DNA of 64,000 nt, taken from Minisyncoccota bacterium. Lineage in GTDB: Bacteria; Patescibacteriota; Minisyncoccia; Phycocordibacterales; SBAW01. Each line of letters begins with the position of its first letter. Position 1 is the first letter of the stretch. A program made the position numbers and the translations under genes. The DNA lies in NCBI GenBank assembly GCA_035549255.1, contig DASZRD010000006.1, forward strand, positions 18,546 through 82,545, in the 5' to 3' direction. Under the pieces are notes generated by a model. That model was not told the origin of the DNA. It did no database searches and worked only from the letters and a program-made list of their open reading frames with translations. Shown here in pieces: positions 47,552-57,821 of this stretch.

Positions 47552-49402
47552 ATGACGCGAAGAATCTTATATATCATCATCGGCGGGGTGCTTTTGCTCG
47601 CGCTGTTGCTCGGGTTGTGGTTCTGGTTCTTCGGACGGGGTGCCTCGGAAGTGTCCAACCAAAGTGGGCTCTTTGGAAGCTCCGGCGACCGTACGAGCGC
47701 CGACACCTCCGGGAGCACGGGCGGTAACGGCGTAGCGCCAATAGGCTCCAACGCCGGGACCGGCGTCTCGGGGACCGGCGCCGGAGGCGCCAACACGCAA
47801 TACACTATACCTCCCGCATCAGGCGGCGGCTCGATAATCGCCTACAGCACCACCTCGTCAAGCGGCAGCTTCCAGAACCCGGCGTGGCTCGGCGGCAATT
47901 CCGGCTCGGCAGGAGGCTCGGTGAGCTTCACGCCGACGCCGATCAACACGGTTAACAACACTACTGTCTCGGGCAATCCGTACATCAACGTCAATAACGG
48001 CGACAACGCCGGCGGCGGGAGCGGCAACAGCTTTACGAGCGGGCTTTTGGGCGTAGCGGGCAGCTGCCTTGCCAACTTCCTGGCGCAGCAGGCAGGCTCC
48101 GGACTTACCTCGGCAATCGGCAGCCTCTTCGGCTCGGCCCTGGGCCAGGTACAGGTAACCGACCCTTCTACGCACGCCAACCAGCAGACCGACTCGATCC
48201 TTACCTGTGTTACCAAGGCACTCGCGCGCGCCGCGATCCAGCAGATCACCAACGACACTGTCAACTGGATCAACTCCGGCTTCGATGGCCAGCCGGCCTT
48301 CGTGCAGGACTACAACAAGTTCTTCAATGATGTATCCGACGAAGCGGCAGGCAGCGTAATCCAAGGCGGCGACCTCGCATTTCTCTGCAGTCCCTTCCAG
48401 CTCCAGGTGCGCGTCGCTATCGCGCAAAGCTACGCGCGCCGCAACCAGGCGCCTTCGTGCACGCTGAGCGGCATCACTGGCAACATTGAGGATTTTGCCA
48501 ATGGCACATTCTCCGAGGGTGGGTGGCAAGGACTCATCGCCTATACGACTGACCCAAGCAACAACCCCTATGCCGGCTACATGTATGGACAGTCGGTGCT
48601 CCAAGGGCAGATTGCGACCGCCAAACAGAACGCTACGCTACAGCTCTCGCCGGGCGGCTTCCTCTCGCAGCAGAAATGCACGACCGACAGCTCCGGCAAG
48701 AAAACGTGCACCATCCAAACGCCGGGTACGGTTATCGAATCAAATCTTGAGCAGGTATTTGGCAAGAATATCGACCAGCTCGAGCTTGCGAGCAGCATCG
48801 ACGACATCCTCAACGCGCTCATCAATCAGGTTATAACAAAGACACTCTACAAGGGCTTGGCGAGCCTCGGCAACGGGCAGAACGGCTACGGTGCCTCGCT
48901 CTCAAGCGAGGATGTAGATGCGGAGGTGCAGGCAGACAACCTCATCAACGACATATCGCAGGACGTGCAGTATGCGCAGCAATACGGCGCAACCGCGCAA
49001 GGGAGCATCAGCGACCTTCAGACCGCTCAAAGCAACCTCACCACCCTGGAGAACTGCTGGATCGGCAAGACTTCGACCGGCGCGGCGGCGAGCGCGCAAG
49101 CGGCGGGCGATCAAGTGACCGCGCTCGAGGCACAGGTAGGGGTATACAACAACAAGATTGCCGCGGCCAACAGCACCATCGCGTCGCTGCAAGATATCCA
49201 AACCCAAGCCCTTAACTCCGCCTCTTCGGCCGACGTGGCGAACGCCCAGGACGCCTTCGACCAATTCCAGGCTTCGGGCAACCTCATTACTCAGACGCAG
49301 GTGCAGTCGGCACAGCAGGACCGCACCACGCTCCAGGCGCAGATGGCCTCGCTCAACACCACAACCAATGCAAAACTCGGCCAATGCAATGTCGCGAATT
49401 AG
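47552..49402 (+). CDS. Large membrane-anchored Gly/Ser-rich protein with a Gln/Ala-rich coiled C-terminus
   Basis: 616 aa; N-terminal TM helix. Confidence 0.6.
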   Translation: MTRRILYIIIGGVLLLALLLGLWFWFFGRGASEVSNQSGLFGSSGDRTSADTSGSTGGNGVAPIGSNAGTGVSGTGAGGANTQYTIPPASGGGSIIAYSTTSSSGSFQNPAWLGGNSGSAGGSVSFTPTPINTVNNTTVSGNPYINVNNGDNAGGGSGNSFTSGLLGVAGSCLANFLAQQAGSGLTSAIGSLFGSALGQVQVTDPSTHANQQTDSILTCVTKALARAAIQQITNDTVNWINSGFDGQPAFVQDYNKFFNDVSDEAAGSVIQGGDLAFLCSPFQLQVRVAIAQSYARRNQAPSCTLSGITGNIEDFANGTFSEGGWQGLIAYTTDPSNNPYAGYMYGQSVLQGQIATAKQNATLQLSPGGFLSQQKCTTDSSGKKTCTIQTPGTVIESNLEQVFGKNIDQLELASSIDDILNALINQVITKTLYKGLASLGNGQNGYGASLSSEDVDAEVQADNLINDISQDVQYAQQYGATAQGSISDLQTAQSNLTTLENCWIGKTSTGAAASAQAAGDQVTALEAQVGVYNNKIAAANSTIASLQDIQTQALNSASSADVANAQDAFDQFQASGNLITQTQVQSAQQDRTTLQAQMASLNTTTNAKLGQCNVAN

Positions 49403-51575
49403 CGGCCCAACAAAGAGACTTCTCGCAATCGGCTCAAAAGCGGTGGTGGCATTCACCCTGCTCGTGGTCGTCTTCTCCCCGGTAGGACAACTTCTACAAA
49501 CACCTTGGGTAGAAGCTGCGGGTTGTCCCGATGGATCTCGAGCAGATCAGGGGTATGGCGGTGCTTATCCCTGCTACAACCAGACTACGGAGGCCGAGGT
49601 AGGGTACGTTGATCAGAAGGGCACATTCGTACCGACAGACGCGCAAGGCCACCCCACGAGCGGCGACAACACAGGTGCCGCTTTCTGTAACGACTTCGGC
49701 AACTGTTTGGCGCAGATTGTCTATGTATTTACGGCGGGGCTCGGCGGCTGGGTCGCGGGCATTGCTTCTTTCATATTCAATACCACCGTTCAGCTCTCGC
49801 TCAGCAGTACTGCCTATGCGCAAGGGTTCTTAAGCCAAGGGTGGGCAACGTCCCGCGACCTCGCGAACATGTTCTTTATCCTTATTCTTGTCTACATAGC
49901 AGTTACTGTCGTGCTCAAGGCCGATACGCACGGCACCATCCAGAGCCTGGTGTGGGTTATATTCATCGCGCTCATTATCAATTTCAGCTTCTTCTTCACT
50001 CGGGTCGTCATAGACGCGGGCAACTTCGCCGCCGTGCAGTTCTATGACGCTATTCAGGTACCGAAGGCAGCGGATGAGACGACCGCGAGTCAGGCGGTAA
50101 CCGCAACGACCGGCAAGAAAGATCTCGCCGCCGCCATCATGCAAGATCTTGGCGTCACCAATATATTGAGCAGTAACTCGTTCAAGGCCTTCCAAGCGAA
50201 CAATCAAGATCCTTCCTTCCTCACGGAGTTTATTACGCTCTCGGTTATTTATCTCTCAACCGGCATCATGCTCTTCGTCCTGGCGGCTGGGCTGGCGGCG
50301 GCGGCAATCAAGTTTCTTATGCGCGTTGCTACGCTTTGGATCATTATTATCGTCTCGCCGCTGGCATTGGTCGCAAGCGCGATGCCGCCTGTCAGGAAGT
50401 ATTTTGATCAGTGGCGCGACGCGCTTATTGCCAACGCCTTCTTCCCGGTGGCGTTTCTCTTTATCTTCTGGATCATCACGCTCTTTGCGAGCGGGCTCAA
50501 CATACAAGACACATTTGATAAGCTTACCGCTTCTTCTCCAACTGCCGCCAGTTCGGGGATCGAGACACTCCTCAACCTCATCGCCAACATTACGATACGC
50601 ATGGGCTTCGTGATCGCGCTCATCTTCCTCGGGCTTCGCGCGGCCGATCAAGTCGGCATCATGGGCGCCCAGCTCGCCAACAACTGGGGCAACAAGCTCG
50701 CTTTTGGCGGAAGTGCATGGGTAGGAAGGCAGACTGCTGGCCGCGCCGGGCTTGCCGCGACGCGCAGCGAAGGCTTGCGTCAGTGGGCGAGCGAGAGCGC
50801 GGTGGGCGCCATGGTCTTCCGCGGCGCCGGGGCGCTTAGCCGAGGGAGCTTCGACGTGCGCAGTCTCCCGGGTGCCGGCAATCTCAAGGGTCAATTGGGT
50901 GAGGCAGGGGGCAAAGGTGGCATAGCAGCGTCCGTAGACAAGAAAGACAAGGCTCGAGAAAAAGCAATCCATGACTTTGGCGAGAGCCTCAAGCCCGACA
51001 TCAAAGACCAGAATAGAATCCAGCAAGAACACATTGAAAGTGTGGGGGGCAGGGCTGAGTTTAACGCTCTGGTAGAAAGTCTTACGAGAGATATGAACCG
51101 CACAAAGGCAGAGGCTGAGAGCAACCGAGATAAAGCAAAGGTGGAGACAGACGAGGCAGAAAAGAAGAGACTTAATCAAGAGGCGACTGTCGCAGAAAAT
51201 AGGGTAAAGGCGCTCCAAAAGGAGATTAAGGGTCACGTTGAGCATGGTAAAAAAGAGGCGGATGATATTGGCAAAGAACGCACGCATGAACTCGCGGAAC
51301 GTCTCGCAAGCAATACGGATTTCTGGACTTCGCGCGGCACGCTTAAGGGCATTGCCAGCCTGACCCACCACGAGACCAAGGAACAAAAGCTCGCTAAAGC
51401 CGCTAAAGATCTTATTGACGGAGACGAGCATGGGACTACAGATAACCACGATGAGGAACATAGTCCTGCTACAACACCTACAAAATCTGCACCTACACCC
51501 TCTAAAACGGGACCTGCGAATGATAACCACGCGCCAGCTGCAAATGATAACCATGGCGGGGATCACGGTCATTAA
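49368..51575 (+). CDS. VirB6/TrbL-like polytopic membrane protein with a periplasmic N-domain and a long charged C-terminal extension
   Basis: At least six predicted TM helices after an ~170-aa secreted domain; C-terminal 270 aa are Lys/Glu-rich coiled coil ending in His/Asp repeats. Start ambiguous (ATG at 49368 or 49389). Confidence 0.55.
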   Translation: MQNSANAMSRISGPTKRLLAIGSKAVVAFTLLVVVFSPVGQLLQTPWVEAAGCPDGSRADQGYGGAYPCYNQTTEAEVGYVDQKGTFVPTDAQGHPTSGDNTGAAFCNDFGNCLAQIVYVFTAGLGGWVAGIASFIFNTTVQLSLSSTAYAQGFLSQGWATSRDLANMFFILILVYIAVTVVLKADTHGTIQSLVWVIFIALIINFSFFFTRVVIDAGNFAAVQFYDAIQVPKAADETTASQAVTATTGKKDLAAAIMQDLGVTNILSSNSFKAFQANNQDPSFLTEFITLSVIYLSTGIMLFVLAAGLAAAAIKFLMRVATLWIIIIVSPLALVASAMPPVRKYFDQWRDALIANAFFPVAFLFIFWIITLFASGLNIQDTFDKLTASSPTAASSGIETLLNLIANITIRMGFVIALIFLGLRAADQVGIMGAQLANNWGNKLAFGGSAWVGRQTAGRAGLAATRSEGLRQWASESAVGAMVFRGAGALSRGSFDVRSLPGAGNLKGQLGEAGGKGGIAASVDKKDKAREKAIHDFGESLKPDIKDQNRIQQEHIESVGGRAEFNALVESLTRDMNRTKAEAESNRDKAKVETDEAEKKRLNQEATVAENRVKALQKEIKGHVEHGKKEADDIGKERTHELAERLASNTDFWTSRGTLKGIASLTHHETKEQKLAKAAKDLIDGDEHGTTDNHDEEHSPATTPTKSAPTPSKTGPANDNHAPAANDNHGGDHGH

Positions 51576-51614
51576 TAATGCTTACTAAAAAGCTCAAAAG
51601 TGTAGAATAGATAT

Positions 51615-52376
51615 ATGCCGGAACAAAACGACATCGCCAAACAAATAGAAGAGCGCATCGCGCAACTGCCCGAGGACATCCGCAATGCGGTGCTTGCGAG
51701 CGATTTCGACCAGAAGATCCAAGCGATAGGGAAGGCGCACAACCTCCATATCGACCAAGCCCAGCAGCTTGGCACCGAAACGTCGCTCGTGATGCTTGGA
51801 GTCCTGCCGATGAGCGATTACGCCGACAATATCGCGCGGGAAGTCCGCGTGTCGCGTACAGAGGCCGACAAGATTATTGCGGACGTTAACACGCAGATCT
51901 TCGCTCCCATCCGCGAGTCGATGAAGCGCACCTACGAAGAAGCGTCGACCGCGCAGGCAGCGCCGGCAAATCCGCCCGCGATGGGCATGAGCAACGGCAA
52001 ATCTGTCGTGATGCCTTCGCGGGCGGCCGCACAAACACCTGTGCCTGTAATGCCTCCGGTACCTCCGTCGCGTCCGGTGCCCAAGATGCCGCCGGCTCCA
52101 GATACGCCTCCGATGACGCCTCCGGGCCCAAGCCCCATACCCGCTCCTCCGATGGTGCCTCCCATGGGGAGCAAGGCTGCAATGCCGCTTCAGATCGGCC
52201 CTACTACGCAGCTCGCCGGTATGCCCAAGCCTTCTATACCCGTAGCTCCGAGTATGCATGCGGCGGATGTAGTGATCACTCAAAAAACAGTCGAGGTGCA
52301 AGCCGCTCCCGCGGCAGTACCGCCCAAACCGCAATCGTACAAAGCAGACCCGTATCGCGAGCCGATTGAGCCATAA
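51615..52376 (+). CDS. Proline-rich hypothetical protein (leaderless; TAGAAT 6 nt upstream)
   Basis: Structured N-terminal 100 aa followed by a Pro/Ala/Met-rich low-complexity C-terminus. Confidence 0.55.
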   Translation: MPEQNDIAKQIEERIAQLPEDIRNAVLASDFDQKIQAIGKAHNLHIDQAQQLGTETSLVMLGVLPMSDYADNIAREVRVSRTEADKIIADVNTQIFAPIRESMKRTYEEASTAQAAPANPPAMGMSNGKSVVMPSRAAAQTPVPVMPPVPPSRPVPKMPPAPDTPPMTPPGPSPIPAPPMVPPMGSKAAMPLQIGPTTQLAGMPKPSIPVAPSMHAADVVITQKTVEVQAAPAAVPPKPQSYKADPYREPIEP

Positions 52377-52397
52377 AGGTGCGGTATACTGGTAGCG

Positions 52398-52841
52398 ATG
52401 CGCTATCAAGTGCCGCAGTTTATCGAGATCGAAGACAAGATCTTCGGCCCCCTAACCCTCAAGCAGTTCATCTATTTGGCGGGCGGGGCGGGGCTGTGCC
52501 TCATTTTCTTTTCACTGTTGCCGCTATGGCTCACCATCATATGCTCGATACCTGTAATGGCACTATGCGCCGGGCTCGCTTTCTATCAGATCAATGGCCG
52601 ACCGCTTATCGTGGCGCTCGAACATGCCACAGGCTACCTCTTCGGGCACAAGCTGTACCTCTGGAAGCAGCGCGAAGCTAAGGCTTCAATCGCTGCGGCT
52701 CCTGCGACGGCAGGGGCGGCGCTTCCGCCGGTACCTAAGCTCTCGGAGAGCAAGCTCAAGGATCTCGCGTGGTCGCTCAATATCAAGGATCGCAATATCA
52801 TGGGCGTGAACACGCAGCAGCGCACAGGATTTGAGATTTGA
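52398..52841 (+). CDS. VirB3/PrgI-like small two-TM membrane protein
   Basis: 147 aa; QFIEIEDKIFGPLTLKQFIYLAGGAGLCLIFFSL hairpin of two TM helices, placed just upstream of the VirB4 homolog; its own TATACT -10 lies 7 nt upstream. Confidence 0.5.
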   Translation: MRYQVPQFIEIEDKIFGPLTLKQFIYLAGGAGLCLIFFSLLPLWLTIICSIPVMALCAGLAFYQINGRPLIVALEHATGYLFGHKLYLWKQREAKASIAAAPATAGAALPPVPKLSESKLKDLAWSLNIKDRNIMGVNTQQRTGFEI

Positions 52842-53511
52842 TATGGCAGACGCACCCGTCAAAGCACAAGCGACGCAGGAATTCGTACCCCTCAAGGAGG
52901 TGCGCGACGGCGTCGTGATCATGAAAGACGGCAGCCTCCGTGCCCTCCTCATGGCATCTTCGATCAACCTCGCACTCAAGTCGACTGACGAGCAGAACGC
53001 GATCATCGGGCAGTTTCAGAACTTCCTCAACTCTCTCGAATTCACGACACAATTTTTTATTCAAAGCCGCGACCTCGACATCCGCCCCTACGTCGCGTTG
53101 CTTGAAGAGCGCTACGCCGCCGAGCTTGACGATCTCATGAAAATCCAAATCCGCGAGTATATCGTCTTCATCAAGGATTTCACCGAGCGCGCGAATATCA
53201 TGACCAAAAACTTCTTTATTGTCGTACCGTACGATCCTAGCCTCGTGGCGCGTGGCGGGGGAGTGAGCGCGCTCGGAAGCCTCATCCCAGGAAAAGGCGG
53301 AAACAATTCTTCTGCGCTTACCGACGAGCAGTTCGAGCAATACCGCACGCAGCTCGAGCAGCGCATCGCAGTCGTGGAGCAGGGCCTCGTGCGCACCGGC
53401 GTGCGCGTCGTGAAGCTCGGCACTGAGGAGGTGATCGAGCTCTTCTACAAGCTCTTCAACCCCGGCGAGCTTGAAAAGCCGCTTCAGGTAAGCCAGATGG
53501 CAGCGCAATAA
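52831..53511 (+). CDS. VirB4/TraC-family ATPase, N-terminal region (separated from the ATPase part by one in-frame TAA)
   Basis: Same reading frame as 53515..55329; the combined length (830 aa) matches full-length VirB4. The N-terminal EFVPLKEVRDGVVIMKDGSLRALL resembles VirB4 N-termini (inference from memory). Confidence 0.55.
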   Translation: MRFDMADAPVKAQATQEFVPLKEVRDGVVIMKDGSLRALLMASSINLALKSTDEQNAIIGQFQNFLNSLEFTTQFFIQSRDLDIRPYVALLEERYAAELDDLMKIQIREYIVFIKDFTERANIMTKNFFIVVPYDPSLVARGGGVSALGSLIPGKGGNNSSALTDEQFEQYRTQLEQRIAVVEQGLVRTGVRVVKLGTEEVIELFYKLFNPGELEKPLQVSQMAAQ

Positions 53512-53514
53512 TAT

Positions 53515-55329
53515 ATGGCACTCTTGGGATTTTTAGGTAAAAAAGAGACGCCTCCGCCGCCCATGGCGCCGATTCTCCCCGAGCAGATCTACAAGCAGGG
53601 AATACTCGAGCTTCAGGACGTCATCGCGCCCTCAGCCTTAAAGATCACGCCGCGGGAAATCAACCTCGGCGACAAGATCGCGCGGACCTTCTTCGTCATG
53701 TCGTACCCGCGCGTGCTCACCGACTCGTGGTTCGCGCCCATTATCAACCTCGACCGCGTGCTTGATATATCCATCTTCGTGCACCCGATCGACTCGGCCG
53801 AAATCCTGCGCAAGTTCCAAAAGAAAGTCGCCGAGGTGCAGAGTCAGATCATGTCACGCGAGCAGAAGGGCCTCGTGCGCGACCCGGTACTCGACACCGC
53901 CTACCGCGACCTTGAGGACCTGCGCGATCAACTCCAGCAGGCGCAGGAGCGCATCTTTGACGTCGGCGTATACATCACCATCTACGGCGCCACCGTCGAA
54001 GAACTCGACAAGGCGGAGAGCGAGATCAAGTCGATGCTCGAGTCACGTCTCGTGTATGTGAAGCCGGCGCTCTTCCAGCAGGAGCAGGGCTTCAAGTCGG
54101 TCCTGCCGCTGGGCCACGATGAGCTCAACGTCAATTCAAAACTGAATTCGAGCCCGCTCTCGAGCATCTTCCCGTTCGTCTCCTTCGACCTTACGAGCGA
54201 CAAGGGCATACTCTACGGGGTCAACCGCCACAACGCTTCGCTCGTACTCTTCGACCGCTTCAGCCTCGAGAACTACAACTCGGTTATCTTCGCCAAGTCC
54301 GGCTCCGGCAAATCGTACGCGACCAAACTCGAGATACTCCGCACGCTCATGTTCGACACCGACGTGATTGTGATCGACCCCGAGCGCGAGTACGAGTTCC
54401 TCGCGCAGGCAGTCGGCGGACGATACTTCAATATCAGCCTCAACTCTGAGCACCACATCAACCCGTTTGATCTCGCGCCTCCGCGCGAGGACGAGTCGCC
54501 AGCCGACGTATTACGCAGCAACATCGTAGCGCTGGTTGGCATGTTCCGCATTATGCTCGGGGGCCTCACGCCCGAGGAGGACGCGATCATGGACAAGGCC
54601 ATCACCGAGACGTATGCGCTCAAGGATATTACCGTCGACTCTAACTTCGCGGAGATCGAGCCGCCGCTTCTTTCCGACTTCGAATTGGTGCTCGCCGGCA
54701 TGGAGGGGAGCGAGTCTCTCGTGCAGCGCCTCAGCAAATACACCAAGGGTACGTGGGCAGGCTTCATCAACCAGCCGACCAACGTCGACCTCAACAAGCG
54801 CTTCGTCGTCTTCTCGGTCCGCGACATGGAAGACGACCTCAAGCCGGTCGCGATGTACCTCATTACGCACTTTATCTGGAACGCGGTCCGCAAGAACCTC
54901 AAAAAGCGCCTTCTGGTCATCGACGAGGCGTGGTGGATGATGAAGACCGAGGATACCGCCTCCTTCCTCTACGGCATGGCCAAGCGCGGCCGCAAGTACT
55001 ACCTCGGCCTTGCGACGATCACGCAGGACGTCGACGACTTCCTCAAGTCGCCCTATGGGCTGCCGATGATCACCAACTCGAGCCTCCAGCTCCTCCTCAA
55101 GCAATCGCCGACGACGATCGACAACCTCCAGAAGACGTTCAATCTCTCTGACGAGGAAAAGTATCTCTTGCTCGAAAGCGACGTAGGGGAGGGGATCTTC
55201 TTCGCGGGGCTCAAGCATGTCGCGATCAAGATCATCGCCTCGTATACTGAGGACCAGATCATCACGTCCGATCCAAGCCAGGTGCTTGCCCTGCGTAAAC
55301 AGAAAGAGAACCCCCAACAAACGCCATGA
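53515..55329 (+). CDS. VirB4/TraC/CagE-family conjugative-type ATPase, C-terminal part including the ATPase domain
   Basis: Walker A FAKSGSGKSYATK and Walker B RLLVIDEAWWMM. Confidence 0.85.
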   Translation: MALLGFLGKKETPPPPMAPILPEQIYKQGILELQDVIAPSALKITPREINLGDKIARTFFVMSYPRVLTDSWFAPIINLDRVLDISIFVHPIDSAEILRKFQKKVAEVQSQIMSREQKGLVRDPVLDTAYRDLEDLRDQLQQAQERIFDVGVYITIYGATVEELDKAESEIKSMLESRLVYVKPALFQQEQGFKSVLPLGHDELNVNSKLNSSPLSSIFPFVSFDLTSDKGILYGVNRHNASLVLFDRFSLENYNSVIFAKSGSGKSYATKLEILRTLMFDTDVIVIDPEREYEFLAQAVGGRYFNISLNSEHHINPFDLAPPREDESPADVLRSNIVALVGMFRIMLGGLTPEEDAIMDKAITETYALKDITVDSNFAEIEPPLLSDFELVLAGMEGSESLVQRLSKYTKGTWAGFINQPTNVDLNKRFVVFSVRDMEDDLKPVAMYLITHFIWNAVRKNLKKRLLVIDEAWWMMKTEDTASFLYGMAKRGRKYYLGLATITQDVDDFLKSPYGLPMITNSSLQLLLKQSPTTIDNLQKTFNLSDEEKYLLLESDVGEGIFFAGLKHVAIKIIASYTEDQIITSDPSQVLALRKQKENPQQTP

Positions 55330-56093
55330 TACGCGGCACACTGCTCATACTCCTCGCGCTCTTTATCGACCTGGTGCAGGCAGGGATCTCAATGGCGATT
55401 TTCGCCATAGCCTCTGCGCCCGGCACAGCGCTCGGCGGCGCAGGCGGCGCCATAGCCGGCGCGAAGCTGTGCGGCGTTGCCGGCTCGTTCCTCAGCGGGT
55501 TGTGTGCCACAGCGGGAGGATTCGTCTTCGGCCTACTTGGCAGTACGCTCAACCCGATTCTCCTTCCTTTTACCGAGCCCGTGGGCGCGGCGGCGGGCTT
55601 CGCGATCGATATATGTCTGAGCGCAACTCTCGGGTCCTTCCTCATAGTCATGGTGTATATATTCGTCGGTAAGGTGCCCGTATCGAGGCTTTTCTTCGGG
55701 CTTGGCGAGATAATCCCCGGCATCAACAACCTCCCGTTCTGGACGGCTTTCGTCATATTCTGCCTCATCAAAAAGGAGGCTCAAGAAGGGAAGGGGGCAC
55801 TCGGGGTTGCGGCGCGCATTACTCTTGCCGGGACGTCTCCCGGCAACTTGCTCGGGGCTGCCGCAGCCGGCATACAAGCTATAAACAACGGCAGCGGGCG
55901 GGCGCAGCCTCCTGTGCCGCAATTTTCGCAAAGACCGAAAGAGGAGGCTTTCCCTTCGGCACGCGGCATGATTCCGCTGGCACGGACCATGAACGCCGAC
56001 ATCCGGCCCTCCACACCGCACACAACCAACGACAACATACCTCCCGCGGCGAATGATAATCTACTAAGAGGAATCCAAGCGCATGCGACCTAA
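55326..56093 (+). CDS. Glycine-rich polytopic membrane protein (start overlaps VirB4 stop as ATGA)
   Basis: 255 aa with about five TM helices. Confidence 0.5.
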   Translation: MIRGTLLILLALFIDLVQAGISMAIFAIASAPGTALGGAGGAIAGAKLCGVAGSFLSGLCATAGGFVFGLLGSTLNPILLPFTEPVGAAAGFAIDICLSATLGSFLIVMVYIFVGKVPVSRLFFGLGEIIPGINNLPFWTAFVIFCLIKKEAQEGKGALGVAARITLAGTSPGNLLGAAAAGIQAINNGSGRAQPPVPQFSQRPKEEAFPSARGMIPLARTMNADIRPSTPHTTNDNIPPAANDNLLRGIQAHAT

Positions 56094-57117
56094 AGTAATC
56101 ATCATTTTCGTCCTGGCATTACTCTTCCTTGGCGCGCCCGCCGCCTATGCTCAAATAAGCGGGGCGGCTGCGATCGACCCCGTGAATTTTGTCATTACTC
56201 CTGAGGCGCCCGCACCGAACCAGCAGGTCACGGTCGAGGCACAGGGCGTAGGCACCTTCCTCGGCGACGCGATGATTACCTGGCAGCAAAACGGCAAGAC
56301 CGTATCCTCCGGCATCGGACAAAAAGTATTTTCTTTCACAGCTGGCAGCCTTGGCATGCCGACGCGCGTCCACGTCGTCATCAATTCCTCGGTGCAGGGG
56401 ACTATTGCGCGCGATTTTACCTTCATCCCGACGACCATCAACCTCCTATGGGAGGCCGATACGACGGTACCGCCATTCTATCGGGGCAAGGCGCTCTACT
56501 CGGCTGGCTCGAGCTTCAAGGTGCTCGCGCTCCCGCAAGTAGTGGTGAGTGGCGCGACCGTCTCGCCCTCGGCACTCTCGTACCAATGGTCGGTCAACGA
56601 TACGCCGGTAGTCGACCAATCGGGCAAGGGGCGCACCGTGCTTCAGGTTGACGGCAACCAGTTGCATACCGACGAAGAGATCTCTGTCGCGGTATACCTC
56701 AATAGTTCGCATATCGGCGATGCAGATATCACCATCCCCGCAGTCGACCCAAACCTTGTTCTGTATGTAAAGGATCCGTTGCGCGGGGTTCTCTTTGACC
56801 AGGCGCTTCCTTCGAGCGTCTCGCTCACCGGCCAGGAGATAACACTCCAGGCAGAGCCATATTACTTCTCAAACGACAGCAAGGAGAGCGGCTCGCTCTC
56901 GTATGCATGGACGCTCAACGGATCAAGCACATCGGGCCCCGACTCCGCCAACGGCACGCTCACCTTGCGCCAGGCTGGAGCCGGAGAGGGAGCGGCGTCC
57001 CTTGGGGTGCAGCTTCAGAACATGGATTCGTCTAGAATAGTACAGGCGGCCCAGGCCGCGCTTCAGATATTCTTTGGCGGGCAGACAACGTCCTCGGGCC
57101 CCACATTCGGCATATGA
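56083..57117 (+). CDS. Secreted hypothetical protein
   Basis: Signal peptide MRPKVIIIFVLALLFLGAPAAYAQ; beta-rich composition. Confidence 0.55.
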   Translation: MRPKVIIIFVLALLFLGAPAAYAQISGAAAIDPVNFVITPEAPAPNQQVTVEAQGVGTFLGDAMITWQQNGKTVSSGIGQKVFSFTAGSLGMPTRVHVVINSSVQGTIARDFTFIPTTINLLWEADTTVPPFYRGKALYSAGSSFKVLALPQVVVSGATVSPSALSYQWSVNDTPVVDQSGKGRTVLQVDGNQLHTDEEISVAVYLNSSHIGDADITIPAVDPNLVLYVKDPLRGVLFDQALPSSVSLTGQEITLQAEPYYFSNDSKESGSLSYAWTLNGSSTSGPDSANGTLTLRQAGAGEGAASLGVQLQNMDSSRIVQAAQAALQIFFGGQTTSSGPTFGI

Positions 57118-57821
57118 AAAAGCAATCTTTCATAATTACACTCGCAACCATCGCCCTATTTTTTGCTGCTGCTCATGCCGCCTTTGCGGCGCCGGCCACA
57201 AGCGTTACCGGGGGAGACAACGCCGGCCTCAAGTGCGATAGCAGCGGCAACTGCACTTACGTACCCCTCGAGCCACTCCCTGGCTATGACCAAGCGCAGC
57301 CAACTGACCTCGGCTCGTTTCTTACACTCGGCTTTCGGGTCATCTTTTCCCTCAGTGCCATCTTCGCAGTGATGATGCTCGCCTTCGCCGGCGTGCAATA
57401 TATGGTTTCTGACGTTGCGCATGTGAAGGCATCGGCCATGGACCGCGCCTGGGCCGCCATATATGGAATACTCATACTCGCCGGATCATGGCTCATCCTC
57501 AACACCATCAACCCACAGCTCCTCAATTTCAACTTCCAAGTTCCTGGCTCTGGTTCAATTGGTGCACCGGGCAATACGACCGGCGTCAGCGCCTCCGGGA
57601 GCGGCGGCAACGGTACGGGCTCGAGCATTCCTGAAATCACTGTTACTGTTCCGTATGTGCATATCTATCAGTCTGATGACACTGCAACTAGGAATCAAAA
57701 GTATCAATCACTTAAGAGTCAGTGTACCGGAGCGAGACATATTGTTGTAAATAACTATACCGGCACTGACGTCAACGGGAGTTACGTTGAGGTGGAGTGT
57801 GTGGGCAATCAATCACAATGA
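57114..57821 (+). CDS. VirB2/TrbC-like candidate pilin (signal peptide plus two hydrophobic helices)
   Basis: MKKQSFIITLATIALFFAAAHAAFA, then LGFRVIFSLSAIFAVMMLAFAGV and AWAAIYGILILAGSWLILNTI. Confidence 0.45.
   Translation: MKKQSFIITLATIALFFAAAHAAFAAPATSVTGGDNAGLKCDSSGNCTYVPLEPLPGYDQAQPTDLGSFLTLGFRVIFSLSAIFAVMMLAFAGVQYMVSDVAHVKASAMDRAWAAIYGILILAGSWLILNTINPQLLNFNFQVPGSGSIGAPGNTTGVSASGSGGNGTGSSIPEITVTVPYVHIYQSDDTATRNQKYQSLKSQCTGARHIVVNNYTGTDVNGSYVEVECVGNQSQ

Noticed and set aside
50256-51572. 438-aa minus-strand ORF
   Set aside because: Cys/Arg-rich antisense shadow of the VirB6-like gene.
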